Origin: Schmidtea polychroa
Lineage: Eukaryota
Length of the DNA stretch: 64,000 nt
Reading direction: 5' to 3'
NCBI GenBank assembly: GCA_044892525.1
Contig: CM097885.1
Location: 20,400,001 to 20,464,000, forward strand
The notes below the pieces were generated by a model that was given only the letters and a program-made list of their open reading frames with translations, ran no database searches and was not told the DNA's origin. Shown piece after piece: positions 36,778 through 52,300 of the stretch. The position numbers were made by a program, and so were the translations under genes. The stretch's first letter is position 1. Each line of letters starts with the position of its first letter.

Positions 36778-39139
36778 CTGAAATAACAAACATTAATTAA
36801 AAATTTCAAAACATTTATAACGTTTCGCTATTATTTAAACACAAAAAACATTATTATAAATATTTTGACAATATATTTATTTTAGTCAAATATTGGAAAG
36901 ATATTTAAATATATAATTCATACCTGGACAACCAATAGATCATCAGCCGCATGCTGCTCGAAACGTAATTTCTTGAGGTTATTAAAACATTTCCTCATCT
37001 ACCCTATGTGCATTAGAATATATCTTCGGTTGAGGAGGAAAAATGTTTTATATTAATATTTAAATTTGTATATTGTATAATTTTATAGTAGTATCTACAA
37101 TTGTCATATTTAGCAAAACAAAATATATTAATATTTAAATTTGTATATTTATAAAAGATAAATAATATTTTGCAATTCATACTATTTTAATAATTTATAT
37201 ATCCTGCTATTTAATAATTTCTGCTACACTATTTCCATTTTTTTTCTAGCATTTTTTGTTAGTGTTTATGAACATTTGATTTTTTAAAGCAAAAATAAAT
37301 TGTCAGGCAGTTCATTGTGTGACAGTAGTGAATTTGTGCTAATTTGATATTTCATTTCTACTATCTTAACTTGGCCATCTATAAATATGCTAGTCACAAC
37401 AATACCAATGCAAGTAGAGCATATAATTCAAAGTTTAACACTGACGAATTTGTGCCTATTTAATAATAACATTCCAAACTAACCTAACACAGCACATGAT
37501 ATGACTTGTCTTTGTCTGTTTCAATCTCTTTCCTACCTTCTTTCGATCGGGGGATTTTTTCTATCTTATTTTCGCTTAAATTTCGCGTGGCGACAAAAAA
37601 TTACTGACTTCTTTTATAAACTTTAAAAACGATTGTGGTATAAATTATAAGTACATAATTTTAAGTTATACCTAGCGTGTTCTGGCTGACTATATTTGTA
37701 TAATCTTTGTGTAATAAAAAACATCAACTGAGGAAAAATCAGATCAAGCTAGCGTACCTAGTACGCTTCAAGAAAATACGGCTTCAACGGTCGATAATGC
37801 TTGTAAAAAAAGTTGTTCAGTGTAAGATGAAAATTTGTTTATTGGAAAGAGCAAGTTCACAAAAAATTACTTTTTTTATTAACGTGCAAGTGCAAAATGT
37901 ATGATATGCATCCGAACGCTCCCGTTATAAAAAGCCAAAGCTAAAACTTTTCTTCTGTACTTTAACATTTATTTAAAATTTACTGTAATATGTAAATTTT
38001 GACAAAAAACTCTACTTTAAAAAACTATTTTTCTCGGACCACTTCTCCATCATGCCCTTGCAACAAGTAATTTTATAATTTAACAGCACACACAACTAAT
38101 TAACTCATACTACGTCACTTATTTGATTATAACTATTATCATCACTTTTTCATATTTAGCCTTTGATAGAAGATACATGGGAATTCATAGCGCAATATAA
38201 TGCTAAAACTGATTGATACAAATTACAAGACGTTGACAATTAGATAGATATATAGGAATATATAGGAATAGATATATAGGAATTATTTCCAATCGTTTTG
38301 CTCAAGCAATCTACTCTATTATTACATGTTTATATCACGTATAAGCTAAGATTGATTAATTGACACTTATTAAAAGCTGTGACAAAACTTTGTGTAAAAT
38401 TGGAATTTATTGATCTACAAAATGAAGAAAAAACATGGTGATAGAAAGACCTCTGAAAAAAACATTTATAAAAACAAATATACTCAAATGTATATTCGTT
38501 TACATTTTTATATAAATAGATTTGTAAATATTGGTATTATTATTATTATTACTTACAAACAAAAATAAACTAAAAAAGAAATAAACAATAAAAGATAAAT
38601 TTATCAGATAATGATACTAATTATTGTAAAATTGATTTAATTTTTACATAATATTCAAAATTTAATTCACAATTTCAATTTTTATTTTCAACTTTTATTG
38701 CTATTTCAAGGGCTTTGTCTCTCATACTGCTGTTTGTTGTCAGTTTGACACCCCTTGGCATAGAATAATAGACAGTTTTGAAATAAATGACTTACTCCTT
38801 TGTATAGTCAGTAAGAAAAATAACACCAGAGGTAATAGGTGAGTGATAAAGAAATTTTACTGTAATTTACTAAAAATGGTTCTAAAAATATTAAATAGTT
38901 ATTATTTTTGGCAATTACGTAATAGTCAAAAAAAATGTTTTTCACTTTATTTTTAATAATTAATGATATAAACAGAGTGATGGTCTAGGTATATGAGTTC
39001 ATTAGCTTCGACATAAGCTCTAGTTTTTATATCAAATTTAGAGAGTATTTTATTTATTATTTTATAAATTATATGATTTTTCTGTTATGATAAATAAAGA
39101 CCAGAAAGCGGATATGAAGATTGCTCAAACGCAAAGCAA

Positions 39140-39250
<111 letters not shown>

Positions 39251-40754
39251 TACCAGAAAGAATTTATATGTTTGATAAGGAGATTGATCTAATATTTTTG
39301 GAGATTACTGTTTACTTAGTGTAAATCTATTAATAGTGTAGACAAATTCATTAAATTACTAAATAATAATAAGTATTCAAAACCTTTTTTACAACAAATA
39401 GTGTGAAACTGTTGATAATTGTGTTAATAAGCTGAATGAGTTTGATGCCATAATTTCATTTGATTGATGGTACTCAATTGAAAAGCACTGATAGTAATAA
39501 TGCTAAATTTGATATAAATGAAAGTGATTTGTATGTTGGTATTTGTTTTATTACAATTTTACGGTTTTCTGATTGTTTTAGAAATCTTAGAAAGCTTTTA
39601 CAAAAATCAGTGAAAGTGACATGTTAATGTTATTTCAAAAAATTGTAAAGTTTGTGACATGTTAAGTAATAAATCTATGCCGCTTGCTTTACGTTCTTAT
39701 CTCATATATTATATAATATTTTTAAAGAATTTTAAAAGTTAAAAATAATTGTTTGTTGAAAATTATTTTTAAAAATAATTATTTAAAATTGTTATTTATA
39801 ATTTAAAAATTTATAGATTTTATAATTTGTTTATAAATTATCAATAATGTACAGTTATTCATCCCTAGTGAATGTAGGTAACCTGATGGAGATGTTTTAT
39901 TAATAAAATCTTTACCATGTTTTTTTAAGTATATATAATAATATTGCATATATCTGTTAGAAGTTCAAATTCTTCAACTTTATTCTTTAATAAAAAATAA
40001 TCTGTGATATTTAAATGAATATAATTATCATAGTTGTTAATTTTCTAGACATAAACAAAAGTCGGTAAAACTCTTATAAAATTATAAGATGTTCAAGATA
40101 ATAAAGAAATGATAAATCTCGAAGGCGGAAAACATTAATTAATTATTTCACTGTAAATAAATAAAAATGTGATATTTTAGCTCGTGGTAAAAATTATAAT
40201 TTTCCAACCAATTATATCAATAATATTTTTTTGCAAAAGAGGTGTAAAAATATTATTCATAAATTGTGGAATAATGTTTTTAAAATTATTTGAGTAAATC
40301 TGACTCGATTTAATAAAGAACTACAAAAAACTTGAAATTTTACAATTTGTAAACAACGTGTTTTAAAAAACAAAGAAAAAAAGAAAGTGATTGATAAGAA
40401 GGTTTCGAGAAAAGAATTTTATAGAATTTAATTTTAACACATTTTTTCAAATCATAATAGATTAATATTTCTTTTTTAATATGGGTTGTTTTAATTAATA
40501 CAATTTTTATACAAGAAAATTATATTTACTGAAGTATATGACTATAAGAAGTTAAACTGGTTTTGCTTTAATGATCATCATGAAGTATTTTTCTGTCGAA
40601 TTTAATTTTGAAGTGTTAAATATTTTCCTGATAATGATATATTTAAACAATTAAGTATGACAAATTGTATATCCCAATATAAATATTACAACATCCAATC
40701 TTCTAAATTTTACTAATGCCCATAAAATAATGACAACAAAAAATATATTTTTAC

Positions 40755-41137
40755 CTGTATCTGTTAGACCCTTCTCATACAAGGCCATTAGAAGCCCAAA
40801 TATTTCAAAGTCCGATCCAATAAAAACGTAGATTCGTGTACTTCGGAATGTATTTTCAACAATTTTATTAAATTTATTGTTGGCTGATCCATAAATAGCC
40901 GGACTCATGACTAGTTTATTGTGAAGAATTGTAATATTGTGAACCTTTAAAACGCTGAGACAGTTTTGTAAAATGAATTCGTTCTCCTTATCGTTGCTCG
41001 AAATTATTGAAACTGCATTCCACTTGAAGCGTTTTAAAAAGCTAACTAAATAATTTGCTAAACCTGATACCTGTGGTCTAGTTCGGACAAAAGTGGAATA
41101 TCTTTGTGAGTCCTCAGTAAGTCTGAAATATGGACCA
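40755..41137 (-). CDS. Receptor guanylyl cyclase, first identifiable exon (ANF-receptor-type extracellular domain)
   Basis: Translation YSTFVRTRP...FKWNAVSII...TRIYVFIG...GLTDTG is typical of receptor-GC ectodomains. The GT donor at 40754-40753 is in phase 1 with the next exon. The acceptor is either 41137 or 41122 (same phase). Upstream exons were not identified. Confidence 0.85.
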
Positions 41138-41754
41138 CTTAAAATCAAATCATATAAAAGAAAAGATAAAATACAGAATAAATCAGAAACTCTTGATCCG
41201 TTTTACAAGCAATAAGGTAACGACTTTATAATTTTATATATGTTTAACGCATTTTTTGTTTATTGATATTTATCCATTCGGTTATTCTTTTGATTTTTAA
41301 ATATAAAACGATTTATTAATTGATTTTTAATAAAATAATTTATTAATTAAAATTATTAATCAATTTATTGATCATTATTATTTAAGAATTTATTTATTTC
41401 AAATATTTATTTATTTTAATATTTAAGGATTCATTAGTTTTTAATACATTGATAACTATTAATCTTTAATATCAATGGTTAAAATTGACTACTCGTGTTT
41501 GTGTGCGTACACGTGTTTTTTCCTGTTAGCAGGCGCTAATAGTCGATTTAAGTTGTAATTGTGATTTTTAATTTAGTTTTTAATTGTCTGATTTTGGACG
41601 GTTCTGGGATTGGAATTTATGTGAGGAATTGAAACTTTGCTTAAAAAGACATGATTTATCGAACTTTTTAAAAATAAACATTTTCGAAATTTTCTGGATT
41701 TTTGAATTTATGAGTATGATGATTATTATTATGATTGACATGAGTCAAATATAT

Positions 41755-42560
41755 AGTTATGTTGGTGATAGGCGTCAAACTAAGAGAGGTATTTTAATTT
41801 TGAATTATACAATTGAATACGGTATTGTTTCAAACTATGATAATATGAGAAAGATCTGTTATCATACATTTTATAAAGAATTCCGAATTGCGTCAGAAGA
41901 GTATCCATTTCTTCCTACTGAAGCACCAATGAATTTAAAAGTTAACAGAGAAAAAATTACTCAAATTATGTATGAAACATTCTATATGTATGTTGCTATC
42001 CAAGCTGTTCTGACACTTTATGCTTAAGGAAGAACTACATGTATTGTTTTAGATTTAGGGGATGGTGTAACGCAAAACAGTTACTGTTTTCAATGGATAT
42101 GCTTTACCTCATGATATTTATAGAATTGATTTAGCCGGAAGAGACTTAATTAATTAACTAATAAAAATTATGACAGACTGAAGATACGGTTTTAGAACTA
42201 CTGCCAAAAAAGAAATTGTTCAAGAAACTAAAGAAAAACTGTTTCACATTGTTCTTGCTTTTGAACGAGAAATGCAAACTGCTGCCTCTTCATCGTCAAT
42301 TGAAAAAGAGTTATGAACTAACAGTAGCTACGTTATTACCATTTGAAATGAAAGATTCAGATGGTCAGAAGCTTTGTTTCATTCAATATTCTTGAGAATG
42401 GAAACTGCTTGTAACAGCATGATGAAATGCGATGAGAATATTTGTAAAGATTTCTATACTAATATAGTTTTATCAGGTAGTTCCACAGTGTATCCTGTTA
42501 TTGCAGATTATATGCAAAAAGAAATATCAGCTTTGACTCCATCATCAATGAAAATTAAAC
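41755..42560 (+). pseudogene. act: Intronless, decayed actin copy lacking both termini
   Basis: [71 protein letters not shown] and NIVLSG..TVYP, with multiple stops and frameshifts. Confidence 0.95.
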
Positions 42561-43195
42561 AATCTATAATATTCCTAACAAAAAACTCATACTTTAGTAA
42601 TGCTTAACTGTTACAGTAGTCTAAATCTGAGAATGGTACCCAAGTTTCTACATCTAAACAGAAAGATTTAAATAGAAAATGTCTAATAAAGTTACAAAAA
42701 TGAAGGTACCAAAAGTAAAATTCAATCCAATAATTAAGTAGTTTTTAGTCTGGAGACTTCCTTGTAAAATGTGGAAAGCAATATACCAAAATGAGAGCGA
42801 TTTAAAATTTTATTTTACTTTACTTTGGTTTTAGAATATTTGTCTATTGGATATTTATAATCTACTGAAAATTTTACTCTTGTTAAAAGGGAATTCAGAA
42901 TCATGTTGAGGCATTTGCAACGATTTCTTACTGAATAAATTATTTATACTACTCTCAATTACTCAACAACACTCATTAACACTAGTTTTTAATTTAATGA
43001 ATAAATTAATTATTTAATTTAGAATCAAAACAAACAAAAATCAAATGAAACTTATTTAATTTTGGTAATGTAAGAAAAATTCTCTTAATTTTCTTAATTT
43101 TATGGAATTTCTTTAATATTAAATTAAAATATTTAATGAAAAAAATTTAAAACGTATTTGGAATTAGAATTTGATTTAATTAAAATTTTTGAATG

Positions 43196-43740
43196 CAGGA
43201 CCGTCCTAATCACAGGGCTAAATGGACTATAGCCCCAGGGCGCAAGCCTTTTGAGGCAGCAATTTTTATTTGCGATGTATGTTATTTTGCTAATATTAGT
43301 CATTTAGTTATTAGTTTTAAAAATTCATTTTTCATAGATTTCACTTATTTTTAAATAAAAACAATTTCTTAAAATATTTAACTGATTTTTATATTCGAAT
43401 GTGCTTGAATGACAAACGATATTACAATAATTTATGATACTAAAAACTTGGATAGACGACTTAAATGTGAGCTGACCACCTATGTATACCCGCCGCACGG
43501 GTGTATTTCTCAATAATCCTAATAAGAGATATCAACAGGTTACAAATAAAGATTATACGACAAAAATAAAGTTTAATATTTGAAGACTGATTAAGGTGAA
43601 TTGAAAGTTCTTTTTTAATTCTGAAACTGTTGTATAACTTTGCTGGATACCCCACTTCCGTTTGCTATTCTGTCAATTTTTTTACTAAGAGGGGCACATT
43701 ATTTTTAGTACCCCAAGCCGAATTTCTTAAGACGACTGTG
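43196..43740. mobile_element. Degenerate hAT-like MITE
   Basis: Imperfect TIR CAGGACCGTCCTAA / TTAAGACGACTGTG with GC-rich subterminal motifs; no TSD. Confidence 0.45.
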
Positions 43741-45341
43741 AGCGGAGTTCACTATAAAAAATAATCATGTTTATGTTTTAGACTTAAATTTACTGTTATT
43801 TTTAATATGTATAAATAATGTAAAATATTAGAAATTAAAAAATTAAATATTTTTATTTTAATTTTAAAATTGTATGACAATTTAATAATTCATGAATAGT
43901 TATGAATTTTATTATTTGAAATTTTAATTTTTAACATTTGAAATTGGGTCAAATTAACGACTTTATTTTAAATTAAATAAATTTAATAATGAAATTTAAA
44001 AAAAAAATCATCTCAAATTCTTTTGTTCTTGTCTCTTGAAACATCATTTGAAAACTTGCGTGTCTGATAGGTAGCGGTCTTAATTTTACATAATTATTCT
44101 CTATTTCCTCTAAATATTGTTTCGGTTTATTTTATTAAAGTTTAAACAATAGAAAAGAAAAATATTTTACTTTGTAGTCCTAGTTAAACAACGATATCAT
44201 TAGCATGACAATGCAGAGACATTCTAAACAGAATTCATAATTTATTTCTTAAATCTTAATTGCATCAGGAATACCAAATGAGAAAATAAATTATGCAAAT
44301 AATAAGCAATAATTTATTAATTAAAGATAAGCGTAAATTTGTGTATGCTTGATTCTAAATCACTGAGCTATGGCGACAAAATAAAGGATATTACAATAAA
44401 AACCTAGTAGAAAATTAAAATATGAAGTCAATAATAAATTGTTTTTTACTTTTTATTTTATTTCCAGGTGTCATCTACAAAACAAATGACTGTAAAGTTA
44501 AGAGACAGCAAAAGAATAACTGTATTTTCATGTTAAATCCAAAAATTCTATCAGAAGCACTAATTAAATAAATTTTTCAAATAATTGAATTACATCACTC
44601 AACTGATTTGGATTTATTAGAAAAAATTAGCAAAAAAAAATAAAATTGTATGTTGAAAATTTAAATAAATTATATTATAAAAATTGTTTTAATGTGTGAT
44701 ATTTTAAATAAATGTTTAATTTCAAATTTCATTTATTAAATTTTTGATTATAAATCTTTTTCTTTCTATTGTTATAAACTTAATGAAATTAATAAATTTT
44801 TAATTAAAATTTTAACTTGGAATAAAATAAATTCCATTTTTAAAATTGTATTTATTGTTTTGTGTTTTCTATCAAGTGAAACCCGAATTATAATACTAAA
44901 AATAAGTAAATAGAATTCCCTGTATAAATGTATTTTCAGATACCATTCGAAACTTCGAATAGTAAACATAAACCATCAAATAATTATAATAATAATATAA
45001 CAATAATAATAATTAATAAATAATAATAATAAAACAATAATATTGACTACCGAATATCTTTATTATATCAATTCATAAGGCTTCTGACATAAAGAAATAC
45101 AAAAAAATACTTTAGATAACCATTTTTTATCAAATAAAAATTGAAATGAAAAACTTCAATCAGTGAGAACAGACTGTAGAACCAAGTAGTTTCATCGATG
45201 ATATTTGACAAAAAGAAACACTCACTTAAATTTACTTCTTTTTAAAATATATTTCTATATAAAAACCATATAAATACGTAATAAATCATAAATTATACAT
45301 ATGTACCTACATAATTCTTTATATTCATTTTTATGTATTCC

Positions 45342-45372
<31 letters not shown>

Positions 45373-47169
45373 GATTATTGCTTCACTGAAATAGATGTAT
45401 TATTTATTATTAAAGATACATTTAATATTTTTTTAAGGTTTAGAATGTGTTTTGTTATGATGTAAAGAACCAGAACGCATGCAGATTTATACAGTTTTTA
45501 TTATTATTTCTATAATAATTATGTAAGTGTGATGTATGAATGATAGTTTCAAATTGATTATCAATGATAATTTAGCATTCATAGTTTGAATATTTGTAGT
45601 AAATAAATTGATTTTGAATTTGAGTTAATTTAAATAGCTGATTTTATTATTCCTTATTTGTAAATATAGAATTATGATAATTTAAAAGGTTTCTATGAAT
45701 CAAATGCATTGGTAAAAAATTATAATATTAATAAATAATAAATATATGAAATTAATTACATATTTATTTATTATTTCTAGGTTTTCTAGATAAGATGAAT
45801 TTAAAGGTTTTGAATTTCAATTGAATGGAATCATTAAAAAGTATTTTTTTTATCAATAATAACAAAATTTTCTAATAATTTTAATAATATAACAATTAAA
45901 TTGGTTTAATTAGAGCAATATTTGCCATTCTTTAAAAATTGATCGTAAAAATTGATCGTAAAATTGATTCTACAATTCTTTTTTAATTGAAATTTTATTT
46001 TGAATATTTTGCTAATTAAAACAAATCTAGACGTGAAATTTCTATTAAAATAAATTACTTAATAAAGAAGAAAATCAACAAATGCATCAATCGATAAATA
46101 AAGTCCATGCGGTAATTCAAGTTATTAATTACATTAATAACTAAATTTGATTCTCTCAAAAATGGCAATTAAAGTTTTTTATTAGACAAAATAAATTCAT
46201 AGATTTAGTTTTAATGTCATATTTTTGAAGGATTTTAGGAGCATATATATTATAAGAACTTCTTTCGATTTTCACCTCTGATTTCTTTTCAATCGGCATT
46301 GTATTTATAAAAAAACATTGACTTTAAATCAGTAAAGACGTCGATGATTTTTTGATATTCATGAATTTTCGGCACAACCATTTTCAAGTGATGTATAAAT
46401 ATCAATTTTACAACTGATATGTAAATATATACAGTTATGTTTCAACACACCACCTAATTTAATGACATTATTACCTATAATAAGTACTGGATAACCTTTC
46501 CAAACTAACTAATAGGCAACATTCACACGAATATTGTCAGTAATTAATACAGTCAACAATAGTCAATTTGTTATCAAAGATATTCTAAAAACTTGATAGG
46601 ATATATTTGCAATGACGAGTGCATCATAATTTGACGGTATCTCTTTTTATGCTATATATATAGAGACAGAACTATTTTGCTTTAGAACAATTTAAAAAGT
46701 TGGGTTACATAATTTACAAACTGAACTGCTTCAATTTTCATATTTGTGTCCCGTAATTGTGTAAGTATTTTCTTCCGATTGTAACTGTGGGAGTACATTT
46801 GTTTTATTTCACTTTGGATGTCTCGTTTTGTAGAGTTTCAGTAATCTGAAATGAACTGAATTACTTTCACATTTATACAATAAATATATTGCAGAAGAAC
46901 CATATTTTAAAATTTGTGGTACTAATTCACCCTTACACCAATATAAATTTGATATCTTTTGTGATACACGCACAAGTCTTTTTCTACCACGGAAACATTT
47001 GCAGTGTGACCATTGTGACGTGTTGTCAATAACTTATATTAAATTGATATTATATATTGTATTATTGTTTGTTGACATCTGTACTAAGTCAAAATGAATA
47101 AAGTTGAAAAAGTTTTTAATTTGATCAATAATCATTTGCTTGACTCCAAGTTTATAAGCCAACAAAGCC

Positions 47170-47690
47170 TGTCCTCGAGTTTGGTCATCTTTTGAAATCC
47201 TAACTCCAAATTATCCTGCAACTCGCCTTCTCTTCGATAATTCTCTTAGCGATAACGCTATTAATTGAAGTTTCGAAAGCATTATAATCTCTCCAAATTG
47301 TTTCAATACGAAGCAATGGAGTAACAATAGCCGGATGATAGATTTGACGTGCAGCAATTGTCTTTTGACTTTCAGCATATTGACTTTTGGCTTGAGTTGA
47401 TTTTAACAAATTCATATAATCTGACCAGATGGGAAAACTCTTTAAATCCAATCCATTTTATTTACTGCTTAATCATAAGCTTAAGCCATTCTTTCTTTGA
47501 AACTAGGAGTTTTGTTATCATTATATTTTACGTTAGATAAATAAAGTTTCCATAATTTGATGTGCTAAGTTCGCAGTACATATTCTTTTAATAGTTCAAA
47601 ATTTTTAAAAGCTTTAACATATTGACTGATTAAGAGAAACTGGCAAAAATATTTCATCAGGATTGATAACTTTATTTTCTGCAAAATTCA
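47170..47690 (-). pseudogene. CSTF3: Decayed CstF-77 (suppressor of forked / Rna14) N-terminal HAT fragment
   Basis: HIKLWKLYLS.VK...SFKERMA*AYD*A..K..DLKSFPIWSDYMNLLK...YAESQK...IETIWRDYNAFETSIN..IAKRIIEE matches CstF-77, with in-frame stops and a frameshift. Confidence 0.85.
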
Positions 47691-48262
47691 AACATAGTTC
47701 CAACATATATCTTTTAAAATAAACATTCATAAAAAAACAACACGAAATTCTCGAAAATTCCACAAATCCAAATTATTAATAATTTTTCTCAAAAAACCTT
47801 CGTTCGCGTCTGTGTGCGCACACATACACTAAAACACTATTTTAACCACAACGCGCACACAGACGCGAGGCCGAAATCGGCTGAAACAACATCCATACTT
47901 ATACATTAATTATTTTTTTAGAAAAAAAATTATAAAGATGTTTTGACATTGTTGCTATACTATGAATTGATATTATGGATTCTATTAACACTGGAAGTGC
48001 TGTGACTATTAAGTTAATAGTATTAACCATTTAAAAAGATTGCTGATTTTTTTAATAATAAATCTTTTATCTTTCCTTTTGGTGTCTTAGTTGCCATTTG
48101 CAATAGTGATATCACTATCACCATATTTTTCATCCTTTTTCCTGTTGTAATCTGGAAAATGCTGAGAGGTCATGATCCATTTCTATTTATTAATACATAC
48201 TATTAATACATGTAATGCTTAAGATAATAATTTCTAGGAGATGAAATATGGTAATTAGCTGA

Positions 48263-48387
<125 letters not shown>

Positions 48388-49378
48388 GGATCAGACAATA
48401 ATATGAAACGATGCTCTAAGTATTAAAGTGTTTCAGTGTGTACTAAAATCTCGCAATAGTTTGAATTATTTTCCATTTTGTTAAGCATATTGTTTCTGTA
48501 AAATACTATTTAATAATATCGAATTTTATTGCACGGTGTCATACTACCCGTGGTACTAAGCCCCAATCTAATTTTTGCTTTTGTTTCTATTTATTCTGTA
48601 TTTGTAGGAATATTTTAGTTTATCCCAGACCAGTGGGATGATAAATAATAATAAATAATAGATAAACAAATTTTATCATTATTTTATTGTAATTTTCGTT
48701 TTAATTTCTACCATTTAGTGTTCATCCATTTCTCAAAATTTAATTAAATTAATAAAAAACTTTAAAAAAATATTTTCTTATTAATTATTTGTCACTTAAT
48801 ATGTTTATTATTATCAGATAATTGTCAGTTCTTTGACAGATTTTCTTACGAATTTTCACAATCCGTATACATTCCTATTGATAGTTAAATTTTATCCAAA
48901 TAAATCAAAATTGTAAAAGTAATTTTTGATAAGAAATTTAAAATTATAAAACCCATTTTTTGTTTGAATTAATTATTTTCAATGATAAATTTTTAAAATT
49001 TTAATTTAAAAAAAGTTTAAAGATGTTTAAAATAAATTTTTATTTAATATTAAATAATTTCTGAATAAATTTCATTTGAATTAAATTAAATTAAATTATA
49101 TTAAATTAATTCTTATACTTCTAGAAAATTCATGTTGTTTATTTTATTGTATATTTTTAGAAGCCTAACAACATAAATGATAATGTCTAAATTATTAAAA
49201 AAGGAACAATTAATTAATTTAATTAAAATTATTGAGGAAATTAATATAAAGCATGTTGTAAATTAGAAATTTGAAAATAATGTAAATGCAAATGAAAACA
49301 AATTAATTAATTAATTAAAATGTATAATAGAAAGAGGAAGATCAATATTAATTAGTATAAATTAATGAATACCGAAAT

Positions 49379-52300
49379 AGTAAATAGATATGTGGACTCC
49401 AGTCCAACAGGAATTCTCACTCTCACAATTTTTCTTGGATGAGGGGTACCTTTTTTGACACCCTCTTTCATCAATTTATTTTTAATTTTTGGATAAGCCA
49501 GTAATTATGTAATAATTTACATTTCATTTTAATAGTCGATCACATAATATTTTAATTTCTGATTTCATCATCAATTACGCAATATTTAAAAAATTTTAAT
49601 TTAATTTCAAAGACTCTATTGCTTGGAATTAACTTTGCTATTTAATGAGACTATGACGTACTCAAAATTTTGAAATTTCATTTTTAATTCACATCATTGT
49701 AAACAATTTGAGATATTTTCACTCGAACAAATATATAGATAGAATTTAAATTTCTACAAAACAAAATTATTTATTCACATTCACTTGATCAATTTGACTG
49801 CATTTGGGGATTATATGGAATTTCATATACCAAGAAATATATCTTATGATTATGATACATTTTTTACTGATTTCACATCTTTTCTGATTTGAATCCATTT
49901 TGTCTCATTTAATTTCTTAATTTGACTTGTTTCTTTCAATAAATTTGAAAATGATTTCTTGCCAAAACATTCTTCTTGGATTGCATATTAAAAATTAATG
50001 AATATTATGTCATTTATATATCTTTTATACTAGTGTATAACCAATCAAATAAATGCATTTTTATTGCAAACATACATGTGAATCACTGCCCTTTGTGTGA
50101 ACTTTCTATGCGAGTCATTCATGGTTTTCAGACGGATTGCAGACGAATTGCAAATTATTTAATTAAGATATATCGACTCTATAATTAAAACGTGTACTAA
50201 TATCACGAGTAAAATAGTGTACCGTAACAAATAACACTAAATGGTAACGCTATGAAAATATTTTTAACATTTAAAAATAGAGAAAAAACAAAGGTTTTAT
50301 ATAATAAAATTTATTAAATTATATGGATCATCATCAACATCCGGAAAATTCTGATGGTATAATAAATTTTCCTCTGGATCGATCATCGGCAATACCATAT
50401 CTTCATCCTTATCATTATTCGTTATTTGTAATATTCCTTCATCAACCATAATCATACCACTACCTCTATAATGTTTTTACGTGTGACTTTTATTTTCCCC
50501 CACCCAATTACACTGAACATCAGAATTTGTTAGAGCTCTCTTAATACTAAAAGTTGATGGTTCTTTCTAGTTATTCGAAATTGGAGTACCGTTTAAATTT
50601 GATTTCACCGAGACTGAATTTGAAGACATTTTCATTTATTTTCATTTGAAGACAGATTTGAAAATATAGGGGCAATTACTTGTTAAATAGTTGGTTAAAT
50701 CTTCAAGCTTCTTCATGTATAAATCATCAATAAATGTGAAAACCGAATCTTATAAATCTTTGCACGTTAACTTCATTCTAATTACATTATTTATTAACGA
50801 ATGGTGGAACTACAATTTGGAATGTATCAGTGTGACTTATAATTGCTGGTTCAGGAACTCCTAATCTTTTTAACGCTTGCCGCATTTTCAAAATGTTATC
50901 TCGAATGGATGGTAATCGCAACAAATATTTAAAACTCCCTTGGTAATATGCATGTAACAATCATTATTTAATTCTTTTATTGGCATTTCATCATCTTCGG
51001 GTTCAATAACTTGAAAACTGCTAACTGATTTCGGTACAATTTCTTTATATTCAATCTTAGAATTACTGTAAAATGGAAATGTGTTGTACACAAATGTGTA
51101 ATCAAGCAAATAAACTTCCCATGTGTCATCTTCATGTCATCATCCTACATTTCAATTGACATTTTATTTATTAATATTTTAATATTTATTTTAATTCATC
51201 AGTACTTGATGAAAAATTATTTGAAAAATATGCTCAGTAATATAAATTACAAAAGGTATATTTGATGTGTCTCAAATTGAATTTCCAAAAGGTAAACCTC
51301 AACAAATTGTTGACAGAAGTGGCAAATATTCAATAATAATTTTCAAGTCTGGTAAGTGTCGAATAATGGGATGTAATCAATCAATTAAAGTTGAAGATTT
51401 AAAATATGAAATCATGGGTTTACAACTTCAATCAATTACAGTTACTGCTTATATTGAATCAAATATTAATTAAAAAAATTTATCAAACTATATGAAATTT
51501 TTTTACGAACCAGAAATATTTCCGTCATTAACATATATAAAATACAATCCAATGTGTGTTAACATATTCAATAGTGGTAAAGTAGTTATATTTGGTATAA
51601 AAACATTGGATTATCATTTACTTGTTTATGAAGTTATTAAAGATATTAAATCAGTGAGCATGGAATTTTTAAACTTTTTGCTAAACTAAAGTTACAATAT
51701 GAATCTAATTGGTTGATAGTGTGTATCAAAAAAAGTATATATGCAAGATCATTTTAATCATTTATTCAAAAATAGTTGAAAATGTCAAATTTATATCAAA
51801 TGGTATATTTTGATTATTGTTTTTTTCAATTTACAATTTTTATTTTTTAGAAAAAATCATACAGATTATGATTGGAAAGTGGAGGAGCTATATCCGAATA
51901 ATTTAAAGGATTTAATCTATTGTGAACTAGAGATTATTCCATTTAAAATATGTATGTCAGCCGGTATAGATTTGATCTTATTTGATTACTTGAGGACGTT
52001 AGAGGAAGATCTTGCCCTTTTGACAACAATCACAAACCATCAAATGCAGTCAAATTTATCAAGTCGCGATATTCAAGTTTAATTGCTCGTATAGCAAAAG
52101 AAGTGTTGGGGAAAATCAATAAGAAATTAAGTTGCAATGAAAATACATTCATCAACAATCAAAATTCCCTTTTTCATGATGCTTTTGAAGAAATTGAATA
52201 TAAAGATGGTGAAAGATGGTTTGTAAATATTTCAATACTGGGATATAAAATGGATAAGAAAATTTTATCACAAATTTAGAGAGTAGATAGCGCTCGAACT

